From an uncultured Planctomycetota bacterium (GTDB taxonomy: Bacteria > Planctomycetota > Planctomycetia > Gemmatales > Gemmataceae): 64,000 nucleotides of DNA. The translations under genes were made by a program, and so were the position numbers. A model generated the notes under the pieces. That model was not told the DNA's origin. It saw only the letters and a list, made by a program, of their open reading frames with translations, and did not search any database. How positions within the stretch are numbered: position 1 is the stretch's first letter; every line of letters begins with the position of its first letter. The stretch spans positions 960,001 through 1,024,000 of the forward strand of contig CAWKHF010000012.1 in assembly GCA_963849325.1 (NCBI GenBank), read 5' to 3'. Below, piece after piece: positions 11,520-21,718 of the stretch.

Positions 11520-14500
11520 GTGCACATCACCGCCGTCTGTCCGTTCTGTTCGACGAGCTACCAGGTGCAGCCCTCGCTGCGCGGACAATCGATCCGTTGT
11601 CCCAACTCGGCATGTCGCAAGATCTTCACGGTGACGGCCAACCTGCCCGCTTCGGAAGATTCATCCTCGCGGCTGCGAACGGTTCGGCCGGAGAGGCCGC
11701 CGGAGAATGGGCAGCGGTCCGGTTCGGTGGGCGAGATGGTGCCGATCCTGCCGGCCGAGCAGGTAGGGCCGGCGGACGCGGGCGGCGCGACCTCGCAACA
11801 CGTCTCGGACGTGTTGCCACTGATGCCGACGGAACAGGCCGAGTCCCGGCCGGCGGAAGGCGATTGGTGGCAACAAGCGCCCCCTGTGCGACAGAAGCCG
11901 TCGCACCCAGGCAGTCCTTCACCTCCCGCGGCGCCCGCCGAACCTGCTCCGGCGGCGTCCGGTCCCGCCGATGCCATCTGGTGGAGCAATGCCCCGTCGC
12001 CGGTGCGCACCCCTCAGGCCCGGCCGCAACCGCCCGCCGAACCGCCAACTCAAGCCGCTCCACCGCGACACAAGCAACCGCCTGCCGACGCGATCCCGGA
12101 CAAACGGGTGGAAGAACCACCTCCCCCCGCGGCGGAGAAGAAGCAGCCGATGCTCGCGCCTCCGCCGGATGGGACGGACCAGCCGCGCGAGCTGCCCCCC
12201 GGCGTGTGGGAACCGCCGCCGGTGCGCCGAGGCGCCGGCGAGACAGGACCATCTCCCGCGGCTGCGCCGGCCGAAGTCCACACGCCGCGCGTCAGCAAGC
12301 GCCGTGCCTGGCTGCTCGTCGTCCTCCTGCTCGTCGTTCCTCTCGGCGTCCTCGGCGGCGCCGGCTGGCTCATATGGAAGACCGTGCAGAAGAGCGAGGC
12401 GGAAGTCTTCGCCGACGCCAACGCCGAGTACGAACAGGGCCAGTACGGCAGCGCCGCCAGCAAGTTCGGCGAGCTGGCCGAGCGCTTTCCCAACAGCGAG
12501 CACGCGGCGGAGTATCACTTCCTGCACGAGTGGTCCAGCCTGTGCAGCGGTCTCGCCGATCCCGACGCCGAGCCGATCGCCGCCATCGCCAAGCTCGACC
12601 CCTTCATCAAGGATCACAAAAACGATCCCTTAATGGAACATTTTGGTCATGACGCGGGGCGGATGCTGCTCAAACTGGTGAAAGCATTCGCCGAGCGCAA
12701 CGGCAGCCCGACCGACGAGCAGCCTCTGGCCGCCGCCCAGCGCATCGAGCAGGTACGCCGAACGGTGGAAAGTCTCGGTCCCGAGGCGCTGACGAAACCG
12801 GAGAGCACGCAAATCGACGCGGACCTCGGCAAGGTCCGCGCGGCAGTGGCGCGCTGGCGCGAACGCCAGGACGTGCTCGTCCAGCTCCGCCTCGGCAAGG
12901 AAGCGCCGATGACCGCCATCCAGCGCGCCCAACTTCTGTTACAGCAAAAAGACCGCAAAAAGCCGGGGTTCAGCCAGGACGCCGACATCCAGGCGGCGCT
13001 GGCCCGGCTGTACGACGCGCACCAGGCCAGCGTCGTTTACCAGCCGGTTGCGGAAGCGCCGCTCATCGATAAATCCGCCCATGACACGGAGGACGACGCC
13101 CCGAGTCTGTTGTTCGCTCCGCTGCTGCCGACGGCTTCGCCTGGCAGCGCTGCCGAGAACGATCCGATCGTGCTGGCCCTGGTCCGCGGCGTCCTCTACG
13201 CCCTGCGGCGCAGCAACGGCGAGTTGAAGTGGGCGACGCGCGTCGGCATCGACACGACCGTCCTGCCGCAGCGTGTGCCGGCCTCGGCGGCCAGCCCCGA
13301 ACGTCTCCTCGTTCTGTCGGCCGACACCCATACGCTCACCGCCCTGGACACCGACGGCAATCCGCTGTGGGAGTACCATGTCGGTCAATCTGTCCTGGGC
13401 CGACCCGTCCTCATCGACCAGCGCGCCTACCTGGCCGCCTACGACGGTTGGGTCCACGAGATCGAGCTGTCTGGGGGCAAGCTGCTCGGCCGGTATCCGC
13501 TGGGTCAGCGGTTGACCTGCGGCGGCACCCGCGAGAACGGCAGCAAGCGTATCTATTTCCCGGCTGACGATTCGTGCATCTACGTCCTGGACGTGGGCGA
13601 GCAGCGCTGCGTCACCATCCTCTACGACGGCCATCCCAGCGGCTCGCTGTGCAGCGAACCGCTTATCATCCCCCCCGAAGGACCGAACGCGCCCGCTTAT
13701 CTCATCCTCAACCAGAGGCGCGGACTGGACGCCATGCGTTTGCGCGTGTTCGAGTTGCCGTTGCAGGATCGTCATGCCGCCGCCCTGACGCTCAACCCCG
13801 AACCGCGGATCAATGGCTGGACCTGGTTCGAGCCGCATCAGGACAGCGAAAAATTGGTGGTGCTCAGCGATGCCGGCATCCTCGGCCTGTTCGGCATTCG
13901 GCAGATCGGCAACCGCGACCAGGCGCTGTTTCCGCTGCTGCAACCGGGCGGATTGGACCTCTCTCCCTTCCTCCAGGCCGGGCCGGGCGGCGTGCGTGAG
14001 CGCGGCCGTTCACAGGTGGTACAGGTGCAAGGCGATGACCTGTGGGTGCTGGCGCACGGACGCTTGCAGCAGGTGCAGCTGCGCTGGAGCGCGGCGGCCG
14101 GGCCGCAAGCGGTACACGGTTGGCCGTCGCCGCGCCTGCTAGGTTCGCCGCTGCACGCCCCGCAGCGCGTCGAGGACCGTCGCACTGGACGCTCGACCTT
14201 CTACCTGGTCACGCAATCGCTGGAGCAACAGACGTGCATCGCCTCGGCGGTGGACGACGATGGCCGCATCCGCTGGCAGCGACAGCTTGGCCTGGTCTGC
14301 CAGGGAGAACCCTTGGCACTGACGCCGCCGCAGGGAGGACCGCCGCTGCTTTTGGCGCTGGACCAGGGCGGCGGCCTGTTCGTGCTGGACCCGCCACAGC
14401 CGCCGGATCGGCCGCGCTCCTCGTGGCGGAGCCTTGCCCCCGCCCTGAACGACAACCCGCGTCTGCCGCCGCGTCTCCTGCCGGCGCCCGATGGTCATTC

Positions 14501-15461
14501 CGCCTACGAGATCGCCGCACCCGGCGCGGGCAAGGCGTTGGTCATCCGGCAGGTTGAGTGGACCGCCGGCGAGCGCGGCCTGCGCGTTCAGCAGCGCGAG
14601 GTCTCGTTGGTGTCGGCGGCTGGGGTCGCATCGGCCCTCCCCGCCGGGACGCCGGCCGTTGTCGGCTCCTACCTGGTGCTGCCGATGGCCGACGGCAGCC
14701 TGGCGCGTCTGCCGCTGCCGGTGCCGGAGGAGCAGGCGCGGCTGGAGTCGGGTCCGGACTGGCGCTCGGCGCAAGCGTCCGCCGCCACGCCCGGCCACGT
14801 GCTAGCCCTGGGCGGTGATCGTTTCCTGATCACCGACGGCAGCCGCGGCCTGGCCGTGTGGGAGTGGCCGGCCGGCAAGGTCTTCCAGCCCTTGCCGGAG
14901 GGCCGCGACGTGCTGACGCGGGAACTGACCCACCTGATCGCGGCGCCGCCGGTCCTGCTGCCGCCCCGGCCGGGCCTGGCCCCGCGCGTACTCGTCGCCG
15001 ATTCCGCCGGCGTGCTCCACCTTTTCGGACTGGCCGCGGACGGCTCCCTGCAACCGGCGCGGACCTGGGACCTCAAGGGCAAGTGTACCGATGGCCCGTT
15101 CCTGCGCGAGCTGCCCGACGGGAGCGTTCGCGTCGGCTGTGTGCTCGATCAGCATCACCTGGTCTGGCTGGACCCGGCCGAGGCGGAGCCGCTGTGGACC
15201 TACCACCGCGACGGCGAGCCGATTGTCGGTCGGCCGCACGCTATCGAGAAGGTGCTGGTAGTCACACACCAGTCCGGCCGCTACGTCGGCCTCGATCCGT
15301 CCACCGGCGTGGCGAAGGGACCCGGCTACACACTGCGCGCCAGCGTCGTGCCGTCCGCCTCTCCCGTACCCTTCGGGCCGGATCGCCTGTTCGCTCCCCT
15401 TAGCGATGGCACGGCCTTGCTGCTGTCCGTCAAGCAGCTGCAAGGACCGCCGAAAAAATAA
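11520..15461 (+). CDS. Large single-pass membrane protein: zinc ribbon, Pro-rich linker, TM, TPR-like and PQQ-like beta-propeller repeats
   Basis: CPFC...CPNSAC, hydrophobic WLLVVLLLVVPLGVLGGAGWL, 'YEQGQYGSAASKFGELAERFPNS' and repeated 'G..LW' propeller blades; intact 1313 aa ORF. Confidence 0.8.
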   Translation: MHITAVCPFCSTSYQVQPSLRGQSIRCPNSACRKIFTVTANLPASEDSSSRLRTVRPERPPENGQRSGSVGEMVPILPAEQVGPADAGGATSQHVSDVLPLMPTEQAESRPAEGDWWQQAPPVRQKPSHPGSPSPPAAPAEPAPAASGPADAIWWSNAPSPVRTPQARPQPPAEPPTQAAPPRHKQPPADAIPDKRVEEPPPPAAEKKQPMLAPPPDGTDQPRELPPGVWEPPPVRRGAGETGPSPAAAPAEVHTPRVSKRRAWLLVVLLLVVPLGVLGGAGWLIWKTVQKSEAEVFADANAEYEQGQYGSAASKFGELAERFPNSEHAAEYHFLHEWSSLCSGLADPDAEPIAAIAKLDPFIKDHKNDPLMEHFGHDAGRMLLKLVKAFAERNGSPTDEQPLAAAQRIEQVRRTVESLGPEALTKPESTQIDADLGKVRAAVARWRERQDVLVQLRLGKEAPMTAIQRAQLLLQQKDRKKPGFSQDADIQAALARLYDAHQASVVYQPVAEAPLIDKSAHDTEDDAPSLLFAPLLPTASPGSAAENDPIVLALVRGVLYALRRSNGELKWATRVGIDTTVLPQRVPASAASPERLLVLSADTHTLTALDTDGNPLWEYHVGQSVLGRPVLIDQRAYLAAYDGWVHEIELSGGKLLGRYPLGQRLTCGGTRENGSKRIYFPADDSCIYVLDVGEQRCVTILYDGHPSGSLCSEPLIIPPEGPNAPAYLILNQRRGLDAMRLRVFELPLQDRHAAALTLNPEPRINGWTWFEPHQDSEKLVVLSDAGILGLFGIRQIGNRDQALFPLLQPGGLDLSPFLQAGPGGVRERGRSQVVQVQGDDLWVLAHGRLQQVQLRWSAAAGPQAVHGWPSPRLLGSPLHAPQRVEDRRTGRSTFYLVTQSLEQQTCIASAVDDDGRIRWQRQLGLVCQGEPLALTPPQGGPPLLLALDQGGGLFVLDPPQPPDRPRSSWRSLAPALNDNPRLPPRLLPAPDGHSAYEIAAPGAGKALVIRQVEWTAGERGLRVQQREVSLVSAAGVASALPAGTPAVVGSYLVLPMADGSLARLPLPVPEEQARLESGPDWRSAQASAATPGHVLALGGDRFLITDGSRGLAVWEWPAGKVFQPLPEGRDVLTRELTHLIAAPPVLLPPRPGLAPRVLVADSAGVLHLFGLAADGSLQPARTWDLKGKCTDGPFLRELPDGSVRVGCVLDQHHLVWLDPAEAEPLWTYHRDGEPIVGRPHAIEKVLVVTHQSGRYVGLDPSTGVAKGPGYTLRASVVPSASPVPFGPDRLFAPLSDGTALLLSVKQLQGPPKK

Positions 15462-15486
15462 CCGCACGGAAGAAAACCTCCACGCG

Positions 15487-16158
15487 ATGTCGAAGCACTG
15501 GGAACGCGACCTGGACAACCTGCAGCGCCATTTGATGGACCTCGCCACCTCCGTCGAGGAAGCCATCTTCAAGTGTACGCGCGCCTTGCAGGAGCGCAAC
15601 ACCGCCCTGGCCCGCGAAGTGGTGGACGGCGACTCGGCCATCGATCAGGAAGAGAACTACGTCGAGAACGAATGTCTGAAAATGCTGGCCCTGCACCAGC
15701 CGGTGGCCATTGATCTGCGCCGCATCATCGCGGCGCTGAAGATCAACACCGACCTGGAGCGCATGGCCGACCTGGCCGTCAACATCGCCGAGCGCGCCCT
15801 CAGCCTGGCCGACCTGCCGCGCATCGCCGTGCCGGATCGCTTGCAGCGCATGACCGACCTGACGACGTCGATGGTCCGCCAGAGCCTCGATGCCTTCGTC
15901 CTGCTCAACGCCGACCAGGCCCGCCAGATCATCCGTCTCGACGACGAGGTGGACCGCTACAACCGCGAGATCATCGCCGAGCTGATCGGCCACATGCAGC
16001 GGACGGCGGAATTGGTGCCGGCCTTCATGGCCTTCTTCTCGGCCGTGCGCCAGTTGGAACGCATCGCCGATCATGCTACCAACATCGCCGAGGACGTGGT
16101 TTACCTCATCGAAGGCGAGATCATCCGCCACCATCCGATGAGCAACGACCGCGCCTGA
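15487..16158 (+). CDS. phoU: Phosphate signalling complex protein PhoU
   Basis: LALHQPVAIDLR, DLERMADLAVNIAE and LERIADHATNIAEDVVY. Confidence 0.95.
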   Translation: MSKHWERDLDNLQRHLMDLATSVEEAIFKCTRALQERNTALAREVVDGDSAIDQEENYVENECLKMLALHQPVAIDLRRIIAALKINTDLERMADLAVNIAERALSLADLPRIAVPDRLQRMTDLTTSMVRQSLDAFVLLNADQARQIIRLDDEVDRYNREIIAELIGHMQRTAELVPAFMAFFSAVRQLERIADHATNIAEDVVYLIEGEIIRHHPMSNDRA

Positions 16159-16165
16159 AAAGCTG

Positions 16166-16287
16166 ACAAAAAGAGCCTCACGCAAAGGCGCAAAGAACGC
16201 AAAGAAAGACAACTTGCCGTGAGTCGCTTTGATCTTCCTTCTCTTTTCCTTTGCGTTCTTTGCGCCTTTGCGTGAGGCTCTTTTTGT
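16166..16287. repeat. Inverted element built from 3 x 9-mer (CGCAAAG core)
   Basis: AAAAAGAGCCTCACGCAAAGGCGCAAAGAACGCAAAG ... CTTTGCGTTCTTTGCGCCTTTGCGTGAGGCTCTTTTT. Confidence 0.9.
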
Positions 16288-16322
16288 AAAATGAAAAAAC
16301 CTCTTTCGCAAGGAGAAGCGCC

Positions 16323-17735
16323 ATGCCGCTGTCACGCTGCTTCCTGCCCGTGGCGATCCTGTTGTTCGCGCCACTGTCGTTGTGTCGGGCGGACGCGCCG
16401 CCGAACCTCGTCTGGATCGTCGGCGAGGACATGGGACCGGAACTCGGCTGTTACGGCGACGCCGACGCCATTACGCCGAACATGGACCGCCTGGCCTCTC
16501 AGGGGGCGCGCTTCACACGTTGTTTCACGCACGCGCCGGTCTGCGCTCCCAGCCGTTCCGGACTCATCACCGGCCGCTATCCCACCAGCATCGGCACGCA
16601 CCACATGCGTTCGCGGCTGCTCAAGCCGCCGCCGCTGTTCACCGATTACCTGAAAAAAGCCGGCTATACCATCGCCTGGCCGACGAGGACGGCCCACGGC
16701 AAGACCGACTTCAACTTCGCGCTGCCGCCCAAAGCCTTCGACGTCACGACGGAGTGGACCAAGGACATCCCGAAGCAGCCGTTCTTCGGCTTCTACAACA
16801 TCCTCACCAGTCACGAGAGCCAGATTCGTGCTCCGGCGGCGCAATTCGCCAGGAACACCGAGCGCCTCAAGCCGTCGGAGCGCCGCGACCCGGCGAAGAT
16901 GAAACTGCCGGCCTACTATCCCGACACGCCGGAGGTGCGCCGCGATCTGGCCAATTATTACGAGCTGGTCACGGCCGTCGATTACCAGGTCGGCGTCGTC
17001 CTCGACGCCCTGGAGAAAGCCGGCCTCGCCGACAACACCGTCGTTCTCTTGACCGGCGATCACGGCCGCGGTCTGCCGCGCAGCAAGCGCTGGGTTTACA
17101 ACCAGGGTACCCACGTCCCGTTGATCGTCCGCTGGCCCAACCACGTCAAGCCCGGCAGCGTGCGCGACGACCTCGTGTGCTTCCTCGATTTCGCTCCAAC
17201 CATGCTGGCGCTGGCCGGGGCGGACATTCCTAAGGAGATGCAAGGGCAAGTCATCCTTGGACCCAGGACGGCGCCCGAGCGCAAATACGTCTTCGCCGCC
17301 CGCGATCGCATGGACGAGACCCCCGACCGCATCCGCGGCGTGCGGGACAAACATTTCCAGTACGTCCGCAATTTCCATCCCGAGTTGCCCTATGCGCAGC
17401 GCGTCGCCTATGGGGAATTGATGCCGACCATGAAGGTCTGGCGCAAGCTCAACGCCGAGGGCAAGCTGAACGATGTGCAGAAGCAGTTCTTCGCGCCGAC
17501 CAAGCCGCGTGAGGAACTCTACGACGTGGACGCCGACCCCGACGAGGTCCACAATCTGGCCGGCGACCCGAAATACAAGGCGAAACTCGACGAGCTGCGC
17601 GCCGCCCTCGATCGCTGGCTGACCGAGACGAACGACCTCGGCGCCATCCCCGAACGCGAACTGATCGAGAAGGGTCTGGTGGCCGACAGTCTATCGCAGT
17701 ACGAGAAGCGGAAGGACAAAAGCCCTCCCAAATAA
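16323..17735 (+). CDS. Sulfatase (Cys-type), exported
   Basis: Signal peptide, PNLVWIVGED, CAPSR...TG, GDHG and EELYD. Confidence 0.93.
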   Translation: MPLSRCFLPVAILLFAPLSLCRADAPPNLVWIVGEDMGPELGCYGDADAITPNMDRLASQGARFTRCFTHAPVCAPSRSGLITGRYPTSIGTHHMRSRLLKPPPLFTDYLKKAGYTIAWPTRTAHGKTDFNFALPPKAFDVTTEWTKDIPKQPFFGFYNILTSHESQIRAPAAQFARNTERLKPSERRDPAKMKLPAYYPDTPEVRRDLANYYELVTAVDYQVGVVLDALEKAGLADNTVVLLTGDHGRGLPRSKRWVYNQGTHVPLIVRWPNHVKPGSVRDDLVCFLDFAPTMLALAGADIPKEMQGQVILGPRTAPERKYVFAARDRMDETPDRIRGVRDKHFQYVRNFHPELPYAQRVAYGELMPTMKVWRKLNAEGKLNDVQKQFFAPTKPREELYDVDADPDEVHNLAGDPKYKAKLDELRAALDRWLTETNDLGAIPERELIEKGLVADSLSQYEKRKDKSPPK

Positions 17736-17765
17736 CGATTGATCCGATCTTGTGAGGAAGCGACC

Positions 17766-19523
17766 ATGAACTCGCGCCGCCGACTGTTCGCGCTCGTCTG
17801 TCTCGCCATGGTGATGCCCGCCGCTCGTTGCGCGGCCGCCGAGGAACGGGCGGCGAAGCGTCCCAACGTCATCATCGTCCTGAGCGACGATCAAGGGTAC
17901 GGCGATTTCTCCTGCCACGGCAACCCGGTGCTGCGGACGCCGAACCTCGACAAACTGCACGACCAGGGCATTCGCCTGACCGACTTCCACGTCGCCCCCA
18001 TGTGTACGCCGACGCGCGGCCAACTCATGACCGGCCTGGACGGCCTGCACAGCGGCGCCACCTCGGTCTGTGCCGGGCGTTCGTTCATCCGTCGCGGCAT
18101 CCCGACGATGGCGGAGATCTTCGCCGCCAACGGCTATCGCACCGGCCACTTCGGCAAGTGGCACCTGGGTGACAGTTATCCCAATCTGCCGCAACAGCGC
18201 GGCTTTCAGGAGACGGTTTACTTCCTCGGCTGGGGCATCACGTCGATGGCCGACCTGTGGCAGAACGATTGTTTCGATGGCCGCTTCCGCCACAACGGCG
18301 TCCTGCGGCAATACAAGGGCTACTGCACCGACGTTTGGTTCGACCTGGCGATGAACTGGATGCGACAGTGCCGGCAGAAGCACGAGCCGTTCTTCGTCTA
18401 CCTGCCGACCAACGCGGCGCACGGGCCGCACTGGGTCCCCGACAAGTACAAGCAACCGTACAAGGGCCGAGGCCCGGCCGGTTTCTTCGGCATGATCGCC
18501 AACCTCGACGAGAACATGGGCCGGCTCGACGCCTTCCTGCGGGAGACCGGCCTGCGCGATGACACCCTGCTGATCTTTTTCAACGACAACGGCGGCACCG
18601 CCGGCGTCAACCTGTTCAACGCCGGCATGCGTGGTCACAAGACGGAGTATTACGAGGGCGGCCATCGCGCCGCCTGCTTCCTGCGCTGGCCGGCCGGCGG
18701 TCTGCGCCGCCCCGCCGACCTGAACGCCCTCACCGAGGTCCAGGACTTGTTGCCCACGCTCATCGACCTGTGCGGCTTGAAGCAGCCGAAGGCAGCGCGG
18801 TTCGACGGCGTCAGTCTCGCCCCTCTGCTGACCGGCAAGACCGACACGCTGCCCGAGCGGATGCTCGTCGTGCAGTACGGCCAGCGCCCGCTGAAATGGG
18901 ATGGTGCCGTCCTGTGGGACCACTGGCGGCTGGTCAAGGGCGAGGAGTTGTACGACCTCCGCAACGATCCGGGCCAGAAGAAGAACGTCCGCGCCGACCA
19001 TCCCGACGTTCTCCGCAAGATGCGCGATCATTACGACAAGTGGTGGGCGAAAGTGGAGCCGACGATTGACGATTTCAGTCCCATCAGCATCGGCGCGGAG
19101 GCGGAAAATCCGGTTTGCCTGTCGGCGGCCGACTGGGCCAACGTCTATTGCGACAACATGAACGATCTTCGCCTGGGGCGGGACCGTAACGGACCCTGGC
19201 ACCTCCAGGTCGAGAAGGATGGGACTTACGAGATCGCTTTACGTCGTTGGCCGAAAGAGGCCGATGCCGCCATCGCCGCCGGCGTGCCCGCCTTCAAGGC
19301 CGTGGACGGCGGTCTGCCCGCCGGCAGAGCGCTGCCGATCGTCCGCGCCCGCCTGAAGATCGCCGCGATGGACGAAATGAAGCCCGTCGCGGCCGGAGAC
19401 AAGGAAGTGATGTTCGTGGTGAAACTGAAGGGCGGGACGCGCACGCCGATGCAAACGTGGTTCTACGACGCCGACGGCAAGGAACTGTGCGGAGCGTACT
19501 TCGTCTACGTTCGGCGCAAATAG
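17766..19523 (+). CDS. Arylsulfatase (Cys-type), exported
   Basis: PNVIIVLSDDQG, CTPTR...TG, GKWHLG and DNGG. Confidence 0.93.
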   Translation: MNSRRRLFALVCLAMVMPAARCAAAEERAAKRPNVIIVLSDDQGYGDFSCHGNPVLRTPNLDKLHDQGIRLTDFHVAPMCTPTRGQLMTGLDGLHSGATSVCAGRSFIRRGIPTMAEIFAANGYRTGHFGKWHLGDSYPNLPQQRGFQETVYFLGWGITSMADLWQNDCFDGRFRHNGVLRQYKGYCTDVWFDLAMNWMRQCRQKHEPFFVYLPTNAAHGPHWVPDKYKQPYKGRGPAGFFGMIANLDENMGRLDAFLRETGLRDDTLLIFFNDNGGTAGVNLFNAGMRGHKTEYYEGGHRAACFLRWPAGGLRRPADLNALTEVQDLLPTLIDLCGLKQPKAARFDGVSLAPLLTGKTDTLPERMLVVQYGQRPLKWDGAVLWDHWRLVKGEELYDLRNDPGQKKNVRADHPDVLRKMRDHYDKWWAKVEPTIDDFSPISIGAEAENPVCLSAADWANVYCDNMNDLRLGRDRNGPWHLQVEKDGTYEIALRRWPKEADAAIAAGVPAFKAVDGGLPAGRALPIVRARLKIAAMDEMKPVAAGDKEVMFVVKLKGGTRTPMQTWFYDADGKELCGAYFVYVRRK

Positions 19524-19539
19524 AGGGAGTTGTTGCAAC

Positions 19540-20767
19540 ATGTCGCACGCCACGAGACTCGTCCGTTGCCTGGGCGTTCTTTTCGGCGTTGCCGGCGTCG
19601 CCGCCGATTGGCCGCAATTCCTCGGACCCGAGCGCAACGGCGTCTCGACCGAGACCGGCCTGCTGCAAACGTGGGATGCCAAGGGACCGCCGCTGCTGTG
19701 GCAAAAGAACGTCGGCGAAGGCTACAGCGCTCCGGTGATCGCCGGCGAGCGCCTCGTCCTGTTCCATCGTCTCGACAACGAGGAGGTCGTGGAGTGCCTC
19801 GACGCCGCGACCGGCAAGGACATCTGGAAACACACCCACCCCACGAGGTACGAGGACCCGCTCGGCAAGGGCAACGGCCCCCGTTCGACGCCACTGGTCG
19901 CCGGCGGTCGCGTCTACACTCTCAGCCCTGGCGGCCTGCTCCTGTGTCTGAACCTGGCCGACGGCAAGAAGGTTTGGCAGCGTGCCTTGCTGGAAGATTA
20001 CGCGGTGCCGCCGAGCTTTTTCGGCGTCGGCACGTCGCCGATCCTCGAAGGAGATCGGCTGCTGGTCAACGTCGGCGCCAGGGACGCCGGCATCGTCGCC
20101 TTCGACAAGGACAGCGGCAAGGAAGTCTGGAAGGCCACCGGCGACGGCGCCAGCTATTCCTCGCCGGTTTCCGCCACCATCGACGGCGTGCGTCAAGTGA
20201 TCTTCTTCACGCGCCAGGGTATCGTTTCCCTCGATCCGGCTACGGGCGCCGTCCTCTTTAGCAAACGCTGGCGTTCGCGCATGAACGCCTCGGTCAACGC
20301 CGCGACGCCCGTTGTGGTGGGCGATCGACTCTTTTTCACCGCCTGCTATGACACGGGCGCGATCCTGGTTCGCGCGAAGAAGGACCGCATCGAGGAGCTA
20401 TGGAGCAACGACCGCAGTCTGTCGTGTCACTTCGGCACGCCGATCTACCACGACGGTTGCCTGTACGGCTTCCACGGCCGGCAAGAAACGGGCACCGAGA
20501 TGCGCTGCGTCGATCTCCAGACGGGACAAGTTCGCTGGAGCAAGGACGGCTTCGGCTGCGGCGCGATGATCCTGGCCGAGGGCAACTTGATCGTCCTCAG
20601 CGAGAGCGGTGAGCTGGTGCTGGTCGAGTGCAAGAGCGATCCGTACCGCGAGAAGGCGCGGGCGACGGTGCTGACGGGGCCATGCTGCGCCCGACATGGC
20701 GCTGGCGAATGGACGCTTGTATGCGCGAGATAACAGGAAATTGGTGTGCTGGAAGGTGAAGAAGTAG
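19540..20767 (+). CDS. PQQ-binding-like beta-propeller protein; frameshift near 20685
   Basis: Planctomycete-type 'ADWPQFLGPERNG...GEGYSAP...GPRSTP...YSSP'. Confidence 0.9.
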
Positions 20768-20798
20768 AGGGGAGTAAATCGGGTTTATAATCAAGGAA

Positions 20799-21194
20799 GT
20801 GGAGTTGCAGCAACGTGCGCGAACGGATGAAGAGGAGATCGATCTTATCCGGAGCGTCCCGACGCATCACGCGACGGTGGGGAAGCCGCCTCAAGGAGCG
20901 AAAGTCCTTCACACGGATCCCCATGGCAAATGGGTGATCTTTGAAGATGCAGCGGGCATAAAGAAAATCCAGTTCGACGTGACTGCGGCGAGCAATTTGG
21001 CAAAGGGTCCTCTCGGTCCCGGTACAGGATCGCCGCAAACGGGAACGGCCGTTGGCCCAGATGGAAAGGTCGTTGTCGTGGAGGGGATGCACAGGCTTGA
21101 GGCGGCTCAGGCGGGAGCGCGGATTCCCTCAGGACAAGGCGGCATTCCTGGTCTAGCGGGCTGGCTCGAATACGACGTGTGGCCGCGGAATTGA
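20799..21194 (+). CDS. ParB/Srx-like domain fragment, possibly an orphan toxin C-terminus
   Basis: GKVVVVEGMHRLEAAQ resembles the ParB/sulfiredoxin '(D/E)GxHR' motif; only a GTG start, with the frame open from 20778; composition differs from the flanks. Confidence 0.5.
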   Translation: MELQQRARTDEEEIDLIRSVPTHHATVGKPPQGAKVLHTDPHGKWVIFEDAAGIKKIQFDVTAASNLAKGPLGPGTGSPQTGTAVGPDGKVVVVEGMHRLEAAQAGARIPSGQGGIPGLAGWLEYDVWPRN

Positions 21195-21225
21195 AGTGCG
21201 CTAACTTCAGCCGAAGGGTTGCAAC

Positions 21226-21714
21226 ATGACTGATTCGGAAAACTTGATGGAATGGTTCAAAAACACCTTCCGTAATCATTTTGAAGGTAACAAAGATATT
21301 CAAGACTGGAAAACGCTAGAAGGCGCAGCGATCTATCGCAAACATACGGGAGACCTGGACGGAGCGGTTGAGGCGATGGTGAAATCCATCGACTTGACCA
21401 GGACTGTACCGAATCTCTCCGAGAGAACGGCGACGAGTCTCAATTATCTCGCCGATCTTTATTTGCTCAAGGATGCAACGGAGCAAGCGGAAGAAGCATT
21501 GCGCGAGTCCATCGAGCTTTCACGCCCCCGTTATCCCGGCCTGCTTGCTTCCAATCTATGGATTCTCGCAGGGATACAAAACCGGAAAAGTGAATATCGC
21601 GAGGCCCTAGCCTCAGCGGAAGAATCCCGCCGTTTGTCCCAGCAACAGGGTCACTCCTACGGAGTTGCACAGGCAGAGGAATTAATCGAGCGAATTAAAA
21701 TGAACTTACCATAA
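21226..21714 (+). CDS. TPR-repeat protein, AT-richer than the flanks (candidate immunity protein)
   Basis: ATSLNYLADLY...AEEALRESIEL TPR motifs. Confidence 0.75.
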   Translation: MTDSENLMEWFKNTFRNHFEGNKDIQDWKTLEGAAIYRKHTGDLDGAVEAMVKSIDLTRTVPNLSERTATSLNYLADLYLLKDATEQAEEALRESIELSRPRYPGLLASNLWILAGIQNRKSEYREALASAEESRRLSQQQGHSYGVAQAEELIERIKMNLP

Positions 21715-21718
21715 GGGC

